Shown here: positions 17,672 to 26,588 of the stretch, piece after piece
How positions within the stretch are numbered: position 1 is the first letter of the stretch
How the letters are laid out: every line of letters starts with the position of its first letter
Assembly: GCF_001462395.1 (NCBI RefSeq)
Contig: NZ_LNTB01000001.1
Coordinates: forward strand, 1,140,001-1,172,000
Direction: 5' to 3'
DNA from: Pyrodictium occultum
GTDB taxonomy: Archaea; Thermoproteota; Thermoprotei_A; Sulfolobales; Pyrodictiaceae
DNA: 32,000 nt
Notes under the pieces: generated by a model
The model's database searches: none
What the model saw: only the letters and a program-made list of their open reading frames with translations
What the model was told of the DNA's origin: nothing
Program-made: the position numbers and the translations under genes

Positions 17672-17890
17672 CTAAAAGAGTCTCCGGAGCAGGGTAGCGC
17701 GTGCAGCCAGGTAGGCTATGAAGGGGGATGCAAGGGTCAGCGTTATACCCGCTACGAGTAGAGCTGTACTCTGCCTAGTGGCGCCGAGGTATGCTATGTA
17801 GATTGCAGCAGCAGCCAGGGGGATAAGCAGGGCGTTAATGATGGCGGCACCCCTCTTAAAGGCCTCGCTTTCCTGGGCTATGTGTAGCAT
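17672..17890 (-). CDS. small membrane protein (two predicted TM helices)
   Basis: ATG preceded by GGAGG about 9 nt upstream. Two hydrophobic stretches are present. It overlaps the 3' end of the CinA-like gene by 35 nt. Confidence 0.45.
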   Translation of the reverse strand: MLHIAQESEAFKRGAAIINALLIPLAAAAIYIAYLGATRQSTALLVAGITLTLASPFIAYLAARATLLRRLF

Positions 17891-18650
17891 TAAGGAGGGC
17901 CTCCAGTTTACCCAGCATATTCCGCACTCTAGATTTTGCTGTTTCGCAGTTGGGCGCTGACGCTAGCACCTTAACCTCTACTACCGGCTCCCTTACTTCG
18001 TGGCCCTTAGGGTGGCTCTTCACGTAACAGTCGCTGCAGCTCTTCGCGGCCCGTCGGAGCAGCGGAGCCAGGGTGGACTCGGGCACACCTCTTATGGTGA
18101 TTCCCTCCTCGACCACGCAGAGTCTTGGGAGGAAGGGTTTAAGCTTCTTTAGAGCCTCCTGGAGCATTGCCTCCATCTCCGCGGGGACGCCTGGCAGCAT
18201 TATGATATGGGATCCAGAGTAGATTATGTAGGCGCCAGGAGCCGCGCCCACCGGGTTGGGGAGCGGCTCTGCCCCCCTAGGCAGATAGGCCATTTTTATC
18301 CTCTCCCTGGTTAGGGGTAGCCCCTTCTCCCCATAAAACTTCTTAACCATCTCCAGGGCCTCCGGGTTTAGGACTAGCGGCTCGTCTATGGCGGCTGCAA
18401 CAGCCTCCATAGTCATGTCATCATCCGTCGGCCCGAGGCCCCCCGTGGTCACGACTATGTCAGCGCTCCCCAGGGCCTCTCTTACAGCTGTAGCTATCTC
18501 GTCGATGCTATCCCCTACGACTACTATACGCTTCACGAGCACGCCGCGTAGGGTAAGCTCCCTGGCTATTGTGGCTGCATTAGTGTTCACAGTCCTGCCT
18601 ATAAGGAGCTCATTGCCGATAGTTATTATCCAGGCGCGCGGCCTGTACAA
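17856..18650 (-). CDS. CinA-like MoCF/molybdopterin-binding domain protein
   Basis: ITIGNELLIGRTVNTNA...VVTTGGLGPTDDDMT signature of the CinA N-terminal domain. TTG start. Confidence 0.8.
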   Translation of the reverse strand: MYRPRAWIITIGNELLIGRTVNTNAATIARELTLRGVLVKRIVVVGDSIDEIATAVREALGSADIVVTTGGLGPTDDDMTMEAVAAAIDEPLVLNPEALEMVKKFYGEKGLPLTRERIKMAYLPRGAEPLPNPVGAAPGAYIIYSGSHIIMLPGVPAEMEAMLQEALKKLKPFLPRLCVVEEGITIRGVPESTLAPLLRRAAKSCSDCYVKSHPKGHEVREPVVEVKVLASAPNCETAKSRVRNMLGKLEALLNATHSPGKRGL

Positions 18651-18805
18651 GGGGCGCTACCCTAAAACTCGGGCGTAACGGCTAGTATTCAACCGGCGCG
18701 CCGCCCCCCGGACAGCCCCGCGGCACGGGGCCTGGATGAGGGTAAGGGGACTTGCCTCCCGCAATCTTCGTTGCTCACCGCCTCAGCGCTGCCGAGACCC
18801 GTGGC

Positions 18806-20134
18806 CTAGTATAGCAGGTAGAGCTTCCCATCCTCTATGGTGTCCACGTCGAAGCAGTAATGAACCCTCGTATACTCCTTTCTGTACTCCTTAACCTCCT
18901 CAGCCACCTTCCTTGGGTCCTCCCTGTCTATTAGAACTCTCCTCATAAACCTTGCTATATCCTTCATATTGTCTTCCTTCATACCGAATCTGGTCATCTC
19001 CTGGACGCCAAGCCGGAGCCCGCTCGGATCCTTTATCGCGTCAGGTGGGTCATAGGGCAGCAGGTTTTTGTTAACTATTATGTTGGCGTCCTCTAGCAGC
19101 TTGGCCGCCTTAGCGCCACCTCCCTGAGGCCTGACGTCGAGCACAACCTGGTGGCTCTTCGTGTACCCCAGATGCTCCCCCAGCACTTTGAAGCCCTCAG
19201 CAGCCAGAGCCTCAGCCAGCGCCCTGGCGTTTCTGACGACTTGATCCGCGTAGGCCTCGCCGAAGTACTTCATCTCTACAGCTGTAACAGCTAGGGCTGG
19301 AAGGCGGTGAAGGTGGTGATTACTGACGAAGTAGGGGAAAACGGCGCGGGATACGCGCTTGTAGATCTCCTCATCCCTTGTAGCTATTATGCCTCCCTGC
19401 GGCCCTGGAAACGTCTTGTGGGTCGAGGCAGTCATCACGTCTGCACCATGGTCTAGGGGATTGCGCCACCTCTTGCCAGCTATGAGGCCGAGCACGTGGG
19501 CGGCATCATAGACTAGCTTTGCGCCCACGGAGTGGGCTGCTTCAGCTACCTCTTTCACGGGGTGCGGGAAGAGGTAGACGCTAGCCCCGAGGACGACGAA
19601 GCTGGGCTTAACCTCCTCTATCAACTTGACGGCCTTGTCCACGTCAACATTCATACGCTCCGGATCGTAGGGCATCTCTATGTGCTCTATACAGAGCGCG
19701 CCTAGAGTGCCGAACTTCGTGTGGCTCACATGCGCGCCTGCCTGGACCGGGGCTATTACCGCCTTGGAGCCGCAAGCGCCGAGGACGCGGAAAACGGAGG
19801 CGTTGGCAGTGGTGCCGCTGATAGGCCTCGGGTCCACATAGCCGGCGTTAAGCAGCTCCCCCATGAGCCTCATAACTCTAACCTCTACCTCGTCTACATA
19901 GCGGGTCCCCTGGTAGTAGCGCTTGAAGGGCTTCCCTTCAGCGTAGCGGTGCATCATATCGCTCATGTAGGCGGAGTCTGCCAGAGGGCTCATTACGTTC
20001 TCGCTTGCTATCAGGTTTATGGTCTCGAATCTCCTCCACCGGTTGTGCATCCTTGTGAACTCGAGAACCTCGCGCAGCTCCTTGGGCAGCGTGGAGAGCC
20101 GGCTACTCCCAGAGTCCTGCATTATGCTGGGCAC
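18806..20134 (-). CDS. glyA: serine hydroxymethyltransferase
   Basis: [11 protein letters not shown], the PLP-lysine context [14 protein letters not shown], and about 440 aa. Confidence 0.92.
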   Translation of the reverse strand: MPSIMQDSGSSRLSTLPKELREVLEFTRMHNRWRRFETINLIASENVMSPLADSAYMSDMMHRYAEGKPFKRYYQGTRYVDEVEVRVMRLMGELLNAGYVDPRPISGTTANASVFRVLGACGSKAVIAPVQAGAHVSHTKFGTLGALCIEHIEMPYDPERMNVDVDKAVKLIEEVKPSFVVLGASVYLFPHPVKEVAEAAHSVGAKLVYDAAHVLGLIAGKRWRNPLDHGADVMTASTHKTFPGPQGGIIATRDEEIYKRVSRAVFPYFVSNHHLHRLPALAVTAVEMKYFGEAYADQVVRNARALAEALAAEGFKVLGEHLGYTKSHQVVLDVRPQGGGAKAAKLLEDANIIVNKNLLPYDPPDAIKDPSGLRLGVQEMTRFGMKEDNMKDIARFMRRVLIDREDPRKVAEEVKEYRKEYTRVHYCFDVDTIEDGKLYLLY

Positions 20135-20176
20135 CAGTTAACACGGTAAAAACGGGGGGTAATAGTGGAAACCCTC

Positions 20177-20440
20177 CTAAGCCTGAGCTCTGGCGTGCTG
20201 AGCGGCAGGGTGCCTGGCAGACTCTATGATTCTACGCGCCTTCTCCACAGCCTGCTCAACTATATCGTAGGTGACCGGGACGCCCACCTCATGCTCGAGC
20301 CTCCGAAGCAGCCAGTAAGCGTCTATCGGGTCTTTCCACTCGTCCATGTGCTCTACCAGCACCTCTGCCGCGCGGTCAGCGGCCGAGAGCATCCTCTCAT
20401 CAATATAGTCGCCCGTCTTAGCCCTACTCCTACCAGTCAA
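20177..20440 (-). CDS. hypothetical 87-aa protein
   Basis: TTG start and a helical, protein-like sequence. The overlapping + ORF 20165..20500 looks antisense-like. No family recognised. Confidence 0.4.
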   Translation of the reverse strand: MTGRSRAKTGDYIDERMLSAADRAAEVLVEHMDEWKDPIDAYWLLRRLEHEVGVPVTYDIVEQAVEKARRIIESARHPAAQHARAQA

Positions 20441-20524
20441 CGTCGGGCCCCAGGCCCTCTGTCGGGGGTCTCTCCTCTATTTGGTGTTACTCTCGGCTAA
20501 ACGTACTACTGGATTAGAATGTAG

Positions 20525-20782
20525 CTGTATCCGCGGTCTAGGGCGCCGGCACCTATAGGCGCTTCCGTCAGCAGGTGGGTGGCTGTTCCCCGGGTTACCT
20601 GGCTGTAGTAGCTTAAGCCGCAGCGCGTTGTCCCGAATACTTGCACCGGGGTCTCTCCGTGTCTGCAGCAGAGGCCGGAGCGGCGGTCCCCGTATACGAG
20701 GCAGGCATCGCCCTCGAGGCGGAGGCGGCATTTGCAGCTGACATAGAGATCCATGTTTGCGGCGCTCTAGACCCCGCAACAG
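20525..20782. repeat. interrupted long-range inverted repeat enclosing about 215 nt
   Basis: GCGGTCTAGGGCGCC (20533-20547) pairs with GGCGCTCTAGACCCCGC (20761-20777). There is one G-T position on the plus strand and a 2-nt bulge. CTGT 20525-20528 with ACAG 20779-20782 extends the pairing. Confidence 0.45.
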
Positions 20783-21084
20783 AGGAGCTTATAGCCAATG
20801 CGCGTAAAGCGGCCAAGATACTGAAGGAGGAGTATGGGATCGAGGCGCTGATAATACCCAGCACGGTGTACTGGGATATAGCTCATATAGGGACGATTAC
20901 CCCCTACAACCTACCCGTACTCGTCATAAACGGGATGGAGGTCTCCGAGGGCCGGGTGCCTGGGGTCGAGGAGATAGTTGATACGGCCCTATCTCTCCTC
21001 GGCTACAAGGGAGATAAGCCGCATGGCCTACCCTTGTTCAAAGGCCATGACGATGCAGTCAGCGCTGCTGCATCCGCCTGGTAG
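20641..21084 (+). CDS. thioredoxin-fold small protein lacking the CxxC motif (MTH895-like layout); start uncertain
   Basis: IEIHVCGALDPATEEL...LPVLVINGMEVSEGRVPGVEEIVDTAL matches the layout of small archaeal thioredoxin-like proteins, with GALD where CxxC would sit. The recognisable domain begins at 20743. The upstream 34 codons are Ala-rich. Confidence 0.5.
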   Translation: MHRGLSVSAAEAGAAVPVYEAGIALEAEAAFAADIEIHVCGALDPATEELIANARKAAKILKEEYGIEALIIPSTVYWDIAHIGTITPYNLPVLVINGMEVSEGRVPGVEEIVDTALSLLGYKGDKPHGLPLFKGHDDAVSAAASAW

Positions 21085-21954
21085 CTTCTCCACGCTTACA
21101 CCGCGCCTCCCCATGAAGCTCGCCTTACAAGCTCCTTCCTCTACTCTCCCCCTGCGGCTTCTCTCCAGGAGTATGCACGCGACGGCAGCCGCAGCCCCGG
21201 CCACCGCGTCCTCCAGGTCCCAGCCCTTCCAGAGCCCATAGAGCGTCAGTACTGATAACATGTCGCCCGCTCCGGTGGAGACGGCCTCCACCCGGCGAGG
21301 CCTCACGGCCAGGGCGCTGCCGTCCCCTAGCACGGCGAGCGCCCCCCTCGGCCCAGCGGTGACAAGGAGGGCTGAGTAGGGGGCGTGACGGTGTAGCCGA
21401 ACCGCCTCTGCGGCCCACGCCGCCCCCGCCACATCCTCTAGGCTGAGCTTAACCGCAGCGAAGCCTCCAGGCTCCGCGGGCTGCTCGAGGAATGCGAGTA
21501 CGCCTCTGCTGAAAGCCTCGACCTCGCCGCCGCCGTTAACCCTGCCAAACCCCTGCACGTCGACTATGGCCAGCCGGTAGTGGGTGAGCAGTCTCGCCGC
21601 CTCCGCGGGCTCCAGCTCGCCTAGAACCGGGGACACGAGTGCCGCGTCTCCGCGGGGATCCGGCTCCAGGGGGTCGGGCTCTCGCAGCACTCGCAGCCTT
21701 CTCCCCCCGTGGCCCTCCTTTACAGCAAACACTGTGGCGCACTCGTAGCCCTCCGCGTGGACTGAGCCGGGGCACCAGTCGGCGTCAAGGTACCATTCTG
21801 CGTCAATGCATGTAGGGAGTGCAAGCCTGACACGTGCATCAGCAGCCCCTATAGCATGGAGTGCGAGCTGGGCGTAGTAGGCCGGCCCGCCTCTGCAGAG
21901 CCTATCCTCTATAACGTCTAGCGTTGGGGAGGAGTAGACGTCGATAACCAGCAT
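21028..21954 (-). CDS. PfkB/ribokinase-family sugar kinase
   Basis: N-terminal GG motif (CRGGPAYY) and C-terminal STGAGDMLSV motif. ATG lies 6 nt after the upstream stop codon. Confidence 0.7.
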   Translation of the reverse strand: MLVIDVYSSPTLDVIEDRLCRGGPAYYAQLALHAIGAADARVRLALPTCIDAEWYLDADWCPGSVHAEGYECATVFAVKEGHGGRRLRVLREPDPLEPDPRGDAALVSPVLGELEPAEAARLLTHYRLAIVDVQGFGRVNGGGEVEAFSRGVLAFLEQPAEPGGFAAVKLSLEDVAGAAWAAEAVRLHRHAPYSALLVTAGPRGALAVLGDGSALAVRPRRVEAVSTGAGDMLSVLTLYGLWKGWDLEDAVAGAAAAVACILLERSRRGRVEEGACKASFMGRRGVSVEKLPGGCSSADCIVMAFEQG

Positions 21955-21960
21955 TGTAGT

Positions 21961-22203
21961 CTACTCCTCTCTGTCCTGCTCCTCGGCCGGAGCAGCCACA
22001 ACCCGGATCCCGGAAGCCCTACTGGTGTGGGAGAACAGGTGGTTCACCAGGTCCCTTGGGCTAAAGAAGTAGGAGGCCTTGTCGCCCGTGCCGCATATGG
22101 GGCAGGCGAGCAGCATTGTAACCCGGTCTCTGAGAGCCTTGACCCTCACACCGTCGACTTCCACGACCACTTCCTCCCACTTGGGGTCCCACTGTAGAGA
22201 CAC
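21961..22203 (-). CDS. small C2H2-like zinc-finger protein
   Basis: CPIC-x17-HLFSH in an 80-aa protein with an acidic tail. GTG start. It is wedged between the GGR and PfkB genes with gaps of 13 and 6 nt. Confidence 0.5.
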   Translation of the reverse strand: MSLQWDPKWEEVVVEVDGVRVKALRDRVTMLLACPICGTGDKASYFFSPRDLVNHLFSHTSRASGIRVVAAPAEEQDREE

Positions 22204-22216
22204 TGCCCTCGGCCCC

Positions 22217-23572
22217 CTACCCGCTTATCCTGGCCTCGTACTCCTCGATAAGCATGTTAACCTTTTTAATCCAGCTAGGCAGCCCGCTGGGCTCCTCCGG
22301 GTACTCCGTGTAGAGCTGTCTTATGCGCTTCATATAGTCAGCCACTGTCTTCAGCTTGGCCAGTAGGCTCGGCCTTCTCAAGCCGCGGAGCACTATCATA
22401 GCTTTCTCTACTACGGGTATTCTTAGCTCGCCGCTGCTACTCGTATAGTACACGTCCTGCTCCGGCACAAGCCTCTTCTCCATGCCGAATCTTATCTCAT
22501 CGTTGCTCAGCCTCTGGAGGAACCTGCGGAATATGTCTAGGGCAGCCTGCTTAGCCCCCAGGTCCCTCATGTACCTTCTATTTATACCCCAGAGCCCCCG
22601 CTCGCTGAAGTCGTTAGCGTTGTAGGCCTCCTCGTAGGCCAGCGCTGCATAGTAGGCAGCGCGGAACGCGTACCCCATCCCACCCCCGTGCACCGGGTTA
22701 ACAGTGTAGCCGGCATCGCCCACAACGAGTATCCCAGGGCCGGCCAGCGTGTTAGATGGCCGCCGGGTGGGCAGTGGGGCTCCAGCACTCTTCACTACCC
22801 TGAACCGATGCCTCATTAGAGGATGGTTCAGCAGCTTCTCGCGGTAAAGAGTCATGGGGTTAGGGTGGCCCATACCGCCCTGGACGCCGAGCCCCACGTT
22901 GACGCCGTGGCTGGATTCGGGGAAGTACCACCAGTAGCCCCCAGGCGCAATATTCTGGTCAATGTATATCCTTATTACGTCCGGCTCCTCTATCGTGTAG
23001 TCCTCGTATTCTATTATCTCCCGGTACGCTATATTAGTGTCCTTGGGGTCTATATCCTCGTATATGGGCCAGTCTCGAGGCAGCCGGGATCTGACTGCCC
23101 TCGAGAACCCGGTAGCCTCCACCACCACGTTTGCATATACTTCCCTAACGCCGTTCTCCGTCTTCACGCGGAGCCCAGTAACCATGCCATTGCTGATTAT
23201 GGGGCCTAGGACTCTTGCATTAAAGTACACCTCAGCCCCCTTGTTGGAGGCCTCGTCTAGGAGCCACTTCCCGAACCTGGCGCGGTCTATTATATAGCCC
23301 TCTCCATATATACGGTATCTCGTGGTCTCGCCGGGAGAGTAGATGTCGATAGCTCTAACCTTGTTCTTAACCACGTGGCTCGGCGGCTCCGGGAGACCGG
23401 CCTCCCTAGGGTGATGAGCCCCGATGGCGTCGCCGCACGGCTTACCCCACACGTCGCTGGGATCCCTCATGTCGAACCCTGCAACCCGGAACCCCATCCT
23501 GGCGAGATGCCATAATGCAACACTGCCCGCAGGACCGAGCCCGGCTATGACAGCGTCGTATCTGGCTTGCAT
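22217..23572 (-). CDS. geranylgeranyl reductase-family flavoprotein (digeranylgeranylglycerophospholipid reductase-like)
   Basis: N-terminal FAD fold YDAVIAGLGPAGSVAL, VVGDAGYTVNPVHGGGMGYA, and about 450 aa. Confidence 0.8.
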   Translation of the reverse strand: MQARYDAVIAGLGPAGSVALWHLARMGFRVAGFDMRDPSDVWGKPCGDAIGAHHPREAGLPEPPSHVVKNKVRAIDIYSPGETTRYRIYGEGYIIDRARFGKWLLDEASNKGAEVYFNARVLGPIISNGMVTGLRVKTENGVREVYANVVVEATGFSRAVRSRLPRDWPIYEDIDPKDTNIAYREIIEYEDYTIEEPDVIRIYIDQNIAPGGYWWYFPESSHGVNVGLGVQGGMGHPNPMTLYREKLLNHPLMRHRFRVVKSAGAPLPTRRPSNTLAGPGILVVGDAGYTVNPVHGGGMGYAFRAAYYAALAYEEAYNANDFSERGLWGINRRYMRDLGAKQAALDIFRRFLQRLSNDEIRFGMEKRLVPEQDVYYTSSSGELRIPVVEKAMIVLRGLRRPSLLAKLKTVADYMKRIRQLYTEYPEEPSGLPSWIKKVNMLIEEYEARISG

Positions 23573-23702
23573 CAGTGACGCCCCGCTGCGGCAGCCACGA
23601 GATGAGCCCCGAAAGGGGCCTTTTTATGCAGCACTATAGTCCTACCAAGAGCCTTAATAGGACCCTTGCGGCCCTTCTTAATGTAGTATGGAGGGATAGG
23701 GC

Positions 23703-24242
23703 ATGTCCTTCATATGGAGGCGCAGGTTCAGTGATATATTCGATGAGATAGAGGACATGATAAGGGAGATGGAAAGGCTAGCGATGAGTATGATGGAGAA
23801 TATAGGGGCCAGAGCCCTCGGATACCCCGGCGAAGAAGTGAGGGGGCCACTGATCTACGGCGTGAGGATAACAATAGGGCCTGATGGCAGGCCGATAATA
23901 GAGGAGTTTGGCAACGTGAAGAGGCGTGGCCGCAGAGCGATAGTCGAAGAGCGCCGAGAACCGCTCGTCGACGTGATAGATGAGAAGGATAGGGTAGTGG
24001 TTGTAGCTGAGATGCCAGGCGTGGACAAGGACAAGATAGACGTCCGGGTTAAGGACGGGAAGCTAATAATAAAGGCGGAGGATAAGGATAGGAAGTACTA
24101 CAAGGAGATAGAGCTACCCCCCGACATAAAGCCCGAGACCGCCAAGGCCAAGTATAAGAACGGCGTCCTTGAGGTAGTCATCGAGAAAGAGAGGAAAGAA
24201 GAGGAGGAGGAAAAGGGCGGTATAAAGATAAGGGTTGAGTAA
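23703..24242 (+). CDS. small heat-shock protein, Hsp20/alpha-crystallin family
   Basis: Alpha-crystallin domain VDVIDEKDRVVVVAEMPGVDKDKIDVRV...YYKEIELP...AKYKNGVLEVVIEK. Confidence 0.9.
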   Translation: MSFIWRRRFSDIFDEIEDMIREMERLAMSMMENIGARALGYPGEEVRGPLIYGVRITIGPDGRPIIEEFGNVKRRGRRAIVEERREPLVDVIDEKDRVVVVAEMPGVDKDKIDVRVKDGKLIIKAEDKDRKYYKEIELPPDIKPETAKAKYKNGVLEVVIEKERKEEEEEKGGIKIRVE

Positions 24243-24244
24243 AG

Positions 24245-24874
24245 CTAGTTTTTACCACTCTCACTGCTCTCTTCGCCTGGAGCATTCGTCACTATGTAGC
24301 CAAGCTCCTCAAGTTCCTTCTTGCTGACGGGCTCGACCCTAGCCTTGCTAGACACTATGGTGCTCACACCCTCCGGGTCTACGAGTACGAGAGTGAACTT
24401 CAGCTTCCCCTCCTTAGCGTCCTCTATCAGCCTCTTAGCTTTCTCGCAGGCCTCTTTATCAGCGTCGGGGCTCGAGCATGCAGCCGTGAGGGCCTCTAGG
24501 AAACGCTCTAGCACACCCTCAACAGTCGTTATGAACCCCTCCGACGCGGGGCCCGGAGTCATGCTCATCCCGAGCTCCGGTATCAGTATTGAGGCGGAGG
24601 AGGCCCTTACAACAAGCGCATTAAGGTCTTCTGCCTTCTCCACGTTAAGGAGTATCTTTCTAGGCTCTTGGGCCTCGGCTAGCCGCACGTCATTAAATCG
24701 ATAGCCGCAGTTGCTACACTTCCCTGTGGTGAGTATAACCTTGCCAATCATAGGTATCTCGTATAAATAATCCTCTACGCGGAGAGTATGCTTCCCACAC
24801 ACTGGGCACTGGATAACAGCTTCATTCACCTTTACCGGCTCCCTGCTCTCCGGTTTTTCCGGTTTGCTATCCAT
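24245..24874 (-). CDS. ZPR1-type zinc-finger protein
   Basis: CPVCGK...(24 aa)...CSNCGY ribbon followed by a ZPR1-like beta domain. I prefer ATG 24874 (MDSKPEKPE) over the track start at 24991. Confidence 0.75.
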   Translation of the reverse strand: MDSKPEKPESREPVKVNEAVIQCPVCGKHTLRVEDYLYEIPMIGKVILTTGKCSNCGYRFNDVRLAEAQEPRKILLNVEKAEDLNALVVRASSASILIPELGMSMTPGPASEGFITTVEGVLERFLEALTAACSSPDADKEACEKAKRLIEDAKEGKLKFTLVLVDPEGVSTIVSSKARVEPVSKKELEELGYIVTNAPGEESSESGKN

Positions 24875-25132
24875 GGCAGCGCCCTCTCTACTGGAGGCTA
24901 TCCGGGGGAGGGGGTACTTGAGCTGGCTGGGCACAGGGTTGAAGAGCAGCGTATACCTCCGTTCCAGCCCCTCTCCGGTACTACTAGGCACCTTGTTAAG
25001 TTGAGTTAATTAAGCACATAGGCGGGTATACCATGGCATGTTATGTAGTATAATCGAAAACACTCTGTTATTAGTGTAGCCAAGCTTCCTTCACAGACGC
25101 GTGGAGAGCTGTAGGACCCTGGTGCTGCTGTG

Positions 25133-25432
25133 ATGGCTTCTAAACAGAGAATTGAACAGAGAATTGAGACCGGCAACGTGTTTGAGGTACCAGTATCACC
25201 GCCAAAGAAAGTGGTCTCAGTAAAACTTGAGGTGGATATAATTGAGGAGATGGATAGGCTTTGGCGCTCTCTAGGCTACACAAGCAGGAGCGAATTCATA
25301 AGAGAGGCGATACTCTACTACATGCAAGTCGTGGCGTCAAGCCAGACCCTTAAATCATCGGTGTCAACGGCTATAGTTGGAAACAAAGATATGAATGAAC
25401 CCATTTTGAGCGATGAGGCAGATAGCGACTAG
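25133..25432 (+). CDS. ribbon-helix-helix (CopG/Arc-like) DNA-binding protein
   Basis: KKVVSVKLEVDIIEEMDRLWRSLGYTSRSEFIREAILYYM has the classic RHH pattern. ATG at 25133. Confidence 0.7.
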   Translation: MASKQRIEQRIETGNVFEVPVSPPKKVVSVKLEVDIIEEMDRLWRSLGYTSRSEFIREAILYYMQVVASSQTLKSSVSTAIVGNKDMNEPILSDEADSD

Positions 25433-25447
25433 ACCTGCTTAGCCGGC

Positions 25448-25466
25448 ATTTTATTTTATCTTTATC
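25448..25466 (+). terminator. oligo-T terminator-like tract (ATTTTATTTTATCTTTATC)
   Basis: T-runs begin 16 nt after the RHH stop codon. Archaeal termination typically occurs at oligo-T. Confidence 0.45.
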
Positions 25467-25536
25467 GACGTATTGTCGCGAGGATGTACTATGCCGGGGT
25501 ACCCCTGGCACCCTCACCCTCTTCTCGGCTATTCGA

Positions 25537-25938
25537 CTACTTCTGGCCTCTCTGGGCTCTTATAGATCTAAGCAACTCGGTTAGGGCTTCCCTGAAGGAT
25601 TGAGAACACTTGTCAAAGTCGTCAATTATCTTATTTATTACTTTCTCGGGGTCTTCTATGTAGTATTTGTATCGGGGTCTCCCTACGCCTGCACGCTTTT
25701 CCCGGGATCTCGAGACGAAGCCAGCCTCCATAAGCTTGGCTAGGCTCCTATTGACGGTAGCCTTACTAAGTCCAAGCTTCTTGGTAAGGTCATCTACAGT
25801 GTACTGACCGCCCTTCAGCAGCTCGAAGAGAATCAGCGCATCGGTCTCGCTGAGATCATAGCAGAAGCGTAGACCCTCTACGAGAGCAGCTTCACGCCCA
25901 GTAGGCAGCTTGAGCTTCATCTCAATAAGGTTTGCCAT
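25537..25938 (-). CDS. winged-helix transcription regulator (TrmB/Lrs14/MarR-like)
   Basis: TVDDLTKKLGLSKATVNRSLAKLMEAGFVSRSRE...GRPRYKYY is an HTH plus wing. ATG at 25938 (MANLIEMKL) lies behind an AT-rich promoter region. Confidence 0.75.
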   Translation of the reverse strand: MANLIEMKLKLPTGREAALVEGLRFCYDLSETDALILFELLKGGQYTVDDLTKKLGLSKATVNRSLAKLMEAGFVSRSREKRAGVGRPRYKYYIEDPEKVINKIIDDFDKCSQSFREALTELLRSIRAQRGQK

Positions 25939-26045
25939 GGCCCAGAGCCCCACAGCCCTACTACACTATTGCGTAGAGAGTAAGTACATGAAAGATATAT
26001 TTATTCTTTTTTCAAAGTTTTAGGGTAATAGACGTGCCAGGCATC

Positions 26046-26588
26046 CTAGCCATAGTGTGAAGCCAGGTAAGGTGTTAGGGTAACTTCTACTGCAGCGGCA
26101 ATGAGGAGCAGATAGACTACAATGGCTAGGCTAGCCAGTGCTCTCCGCAGGCTGTCCCGGCTAAGGCCGCCGGAGAGGTACGTAGCGGCGAGGCTCAACC
26201 CTATGGAGGATGCATAGAGCATGGCTGTAAGCTCGAATATGCCATGGGGCAGTATACTTATGAGAAAGCCTTCTACTGGCTGGCCGCTCTCCACCCAGAC
26301 CCTGGCCAAGGCACCTATTATGTAGCCGTTATACGCCAGTAGCGCTAGTCCAGGCAGTACTGCTATGGATGCGGCAGCCAGAAGTAGGGCCAACACTATG
26401 TTGTTTAGAGCTATCGCGACATATTTATGAAATAGTGGGAGTGCTTCTATGCTCTGGAAGCTCTTCTCAATGTCCTGTAGCATGGATGTACTGGGGAACC
26501 TGAAGCCCAGTGCTATGCTCCCGTTGAACACTAGCAATGTGAAGAGAAACGCTGATTTAATAGTCGAGCTCCAGGAGTCTCTTGCCAA
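26046..26588 (-). CDS. DUF95/SpoIIM-like integral membrane protein
   Basis: Multiple TM segments and the LPHGIFELTAMLYASSIGL motif typical of the family. TTG start, so the N-terminus is uncertain. Confidence 0.65.
   Translation of the reverse strand: MARDSWSSTIKSAFLFTLLVFNGSIALGFRFPSTSMLQDIEKSFQSIEALPLFHKYVAIALNNIVLALLLAAASIAVLPGLALLAYNGYIIGALARVWVESGQPVEGFLISILPHGIFELTAMLYASSIGLSLAATYLSGGLSRDSLRRALASLAIVVYLLLIAAAVEVTLTPYLASHYG

Noticed and set aside
20506-20754. 82-aa Cys-rich minus-strand ORF (MDLYVSCKCRLRLEGDACLVYG...).
   Set aside because: Six of its eight Arg codons are CGC, while the confident genes I read use mainly AGG/AGA. It overlaps two other minus ORFs and the plus ORF, and I recognise no family. 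I kept it as a possibility under the inverted-repeat finding.
20525-20782. Possibility that the inverted-repeat-bounded region is SRP (7S) RNA or RNase P RNA. The same was considered for 16860-17100.
   Set aside because: I could not find the SRP helix-8 GGAA/AGCA motif context or the RNase P CR-I (GAAAGUCC-like) or CR-V motifs on either strand. Only a covariance-model search could settle this.
21125-21775. Extra minus-strand ORFs inside the PfkB gene, and plus ORF 20978..21241.
   Set aside because: They are alternative frames of a roughly 70% G+C gene. Their translations are R/G/P-rich with no motifs.
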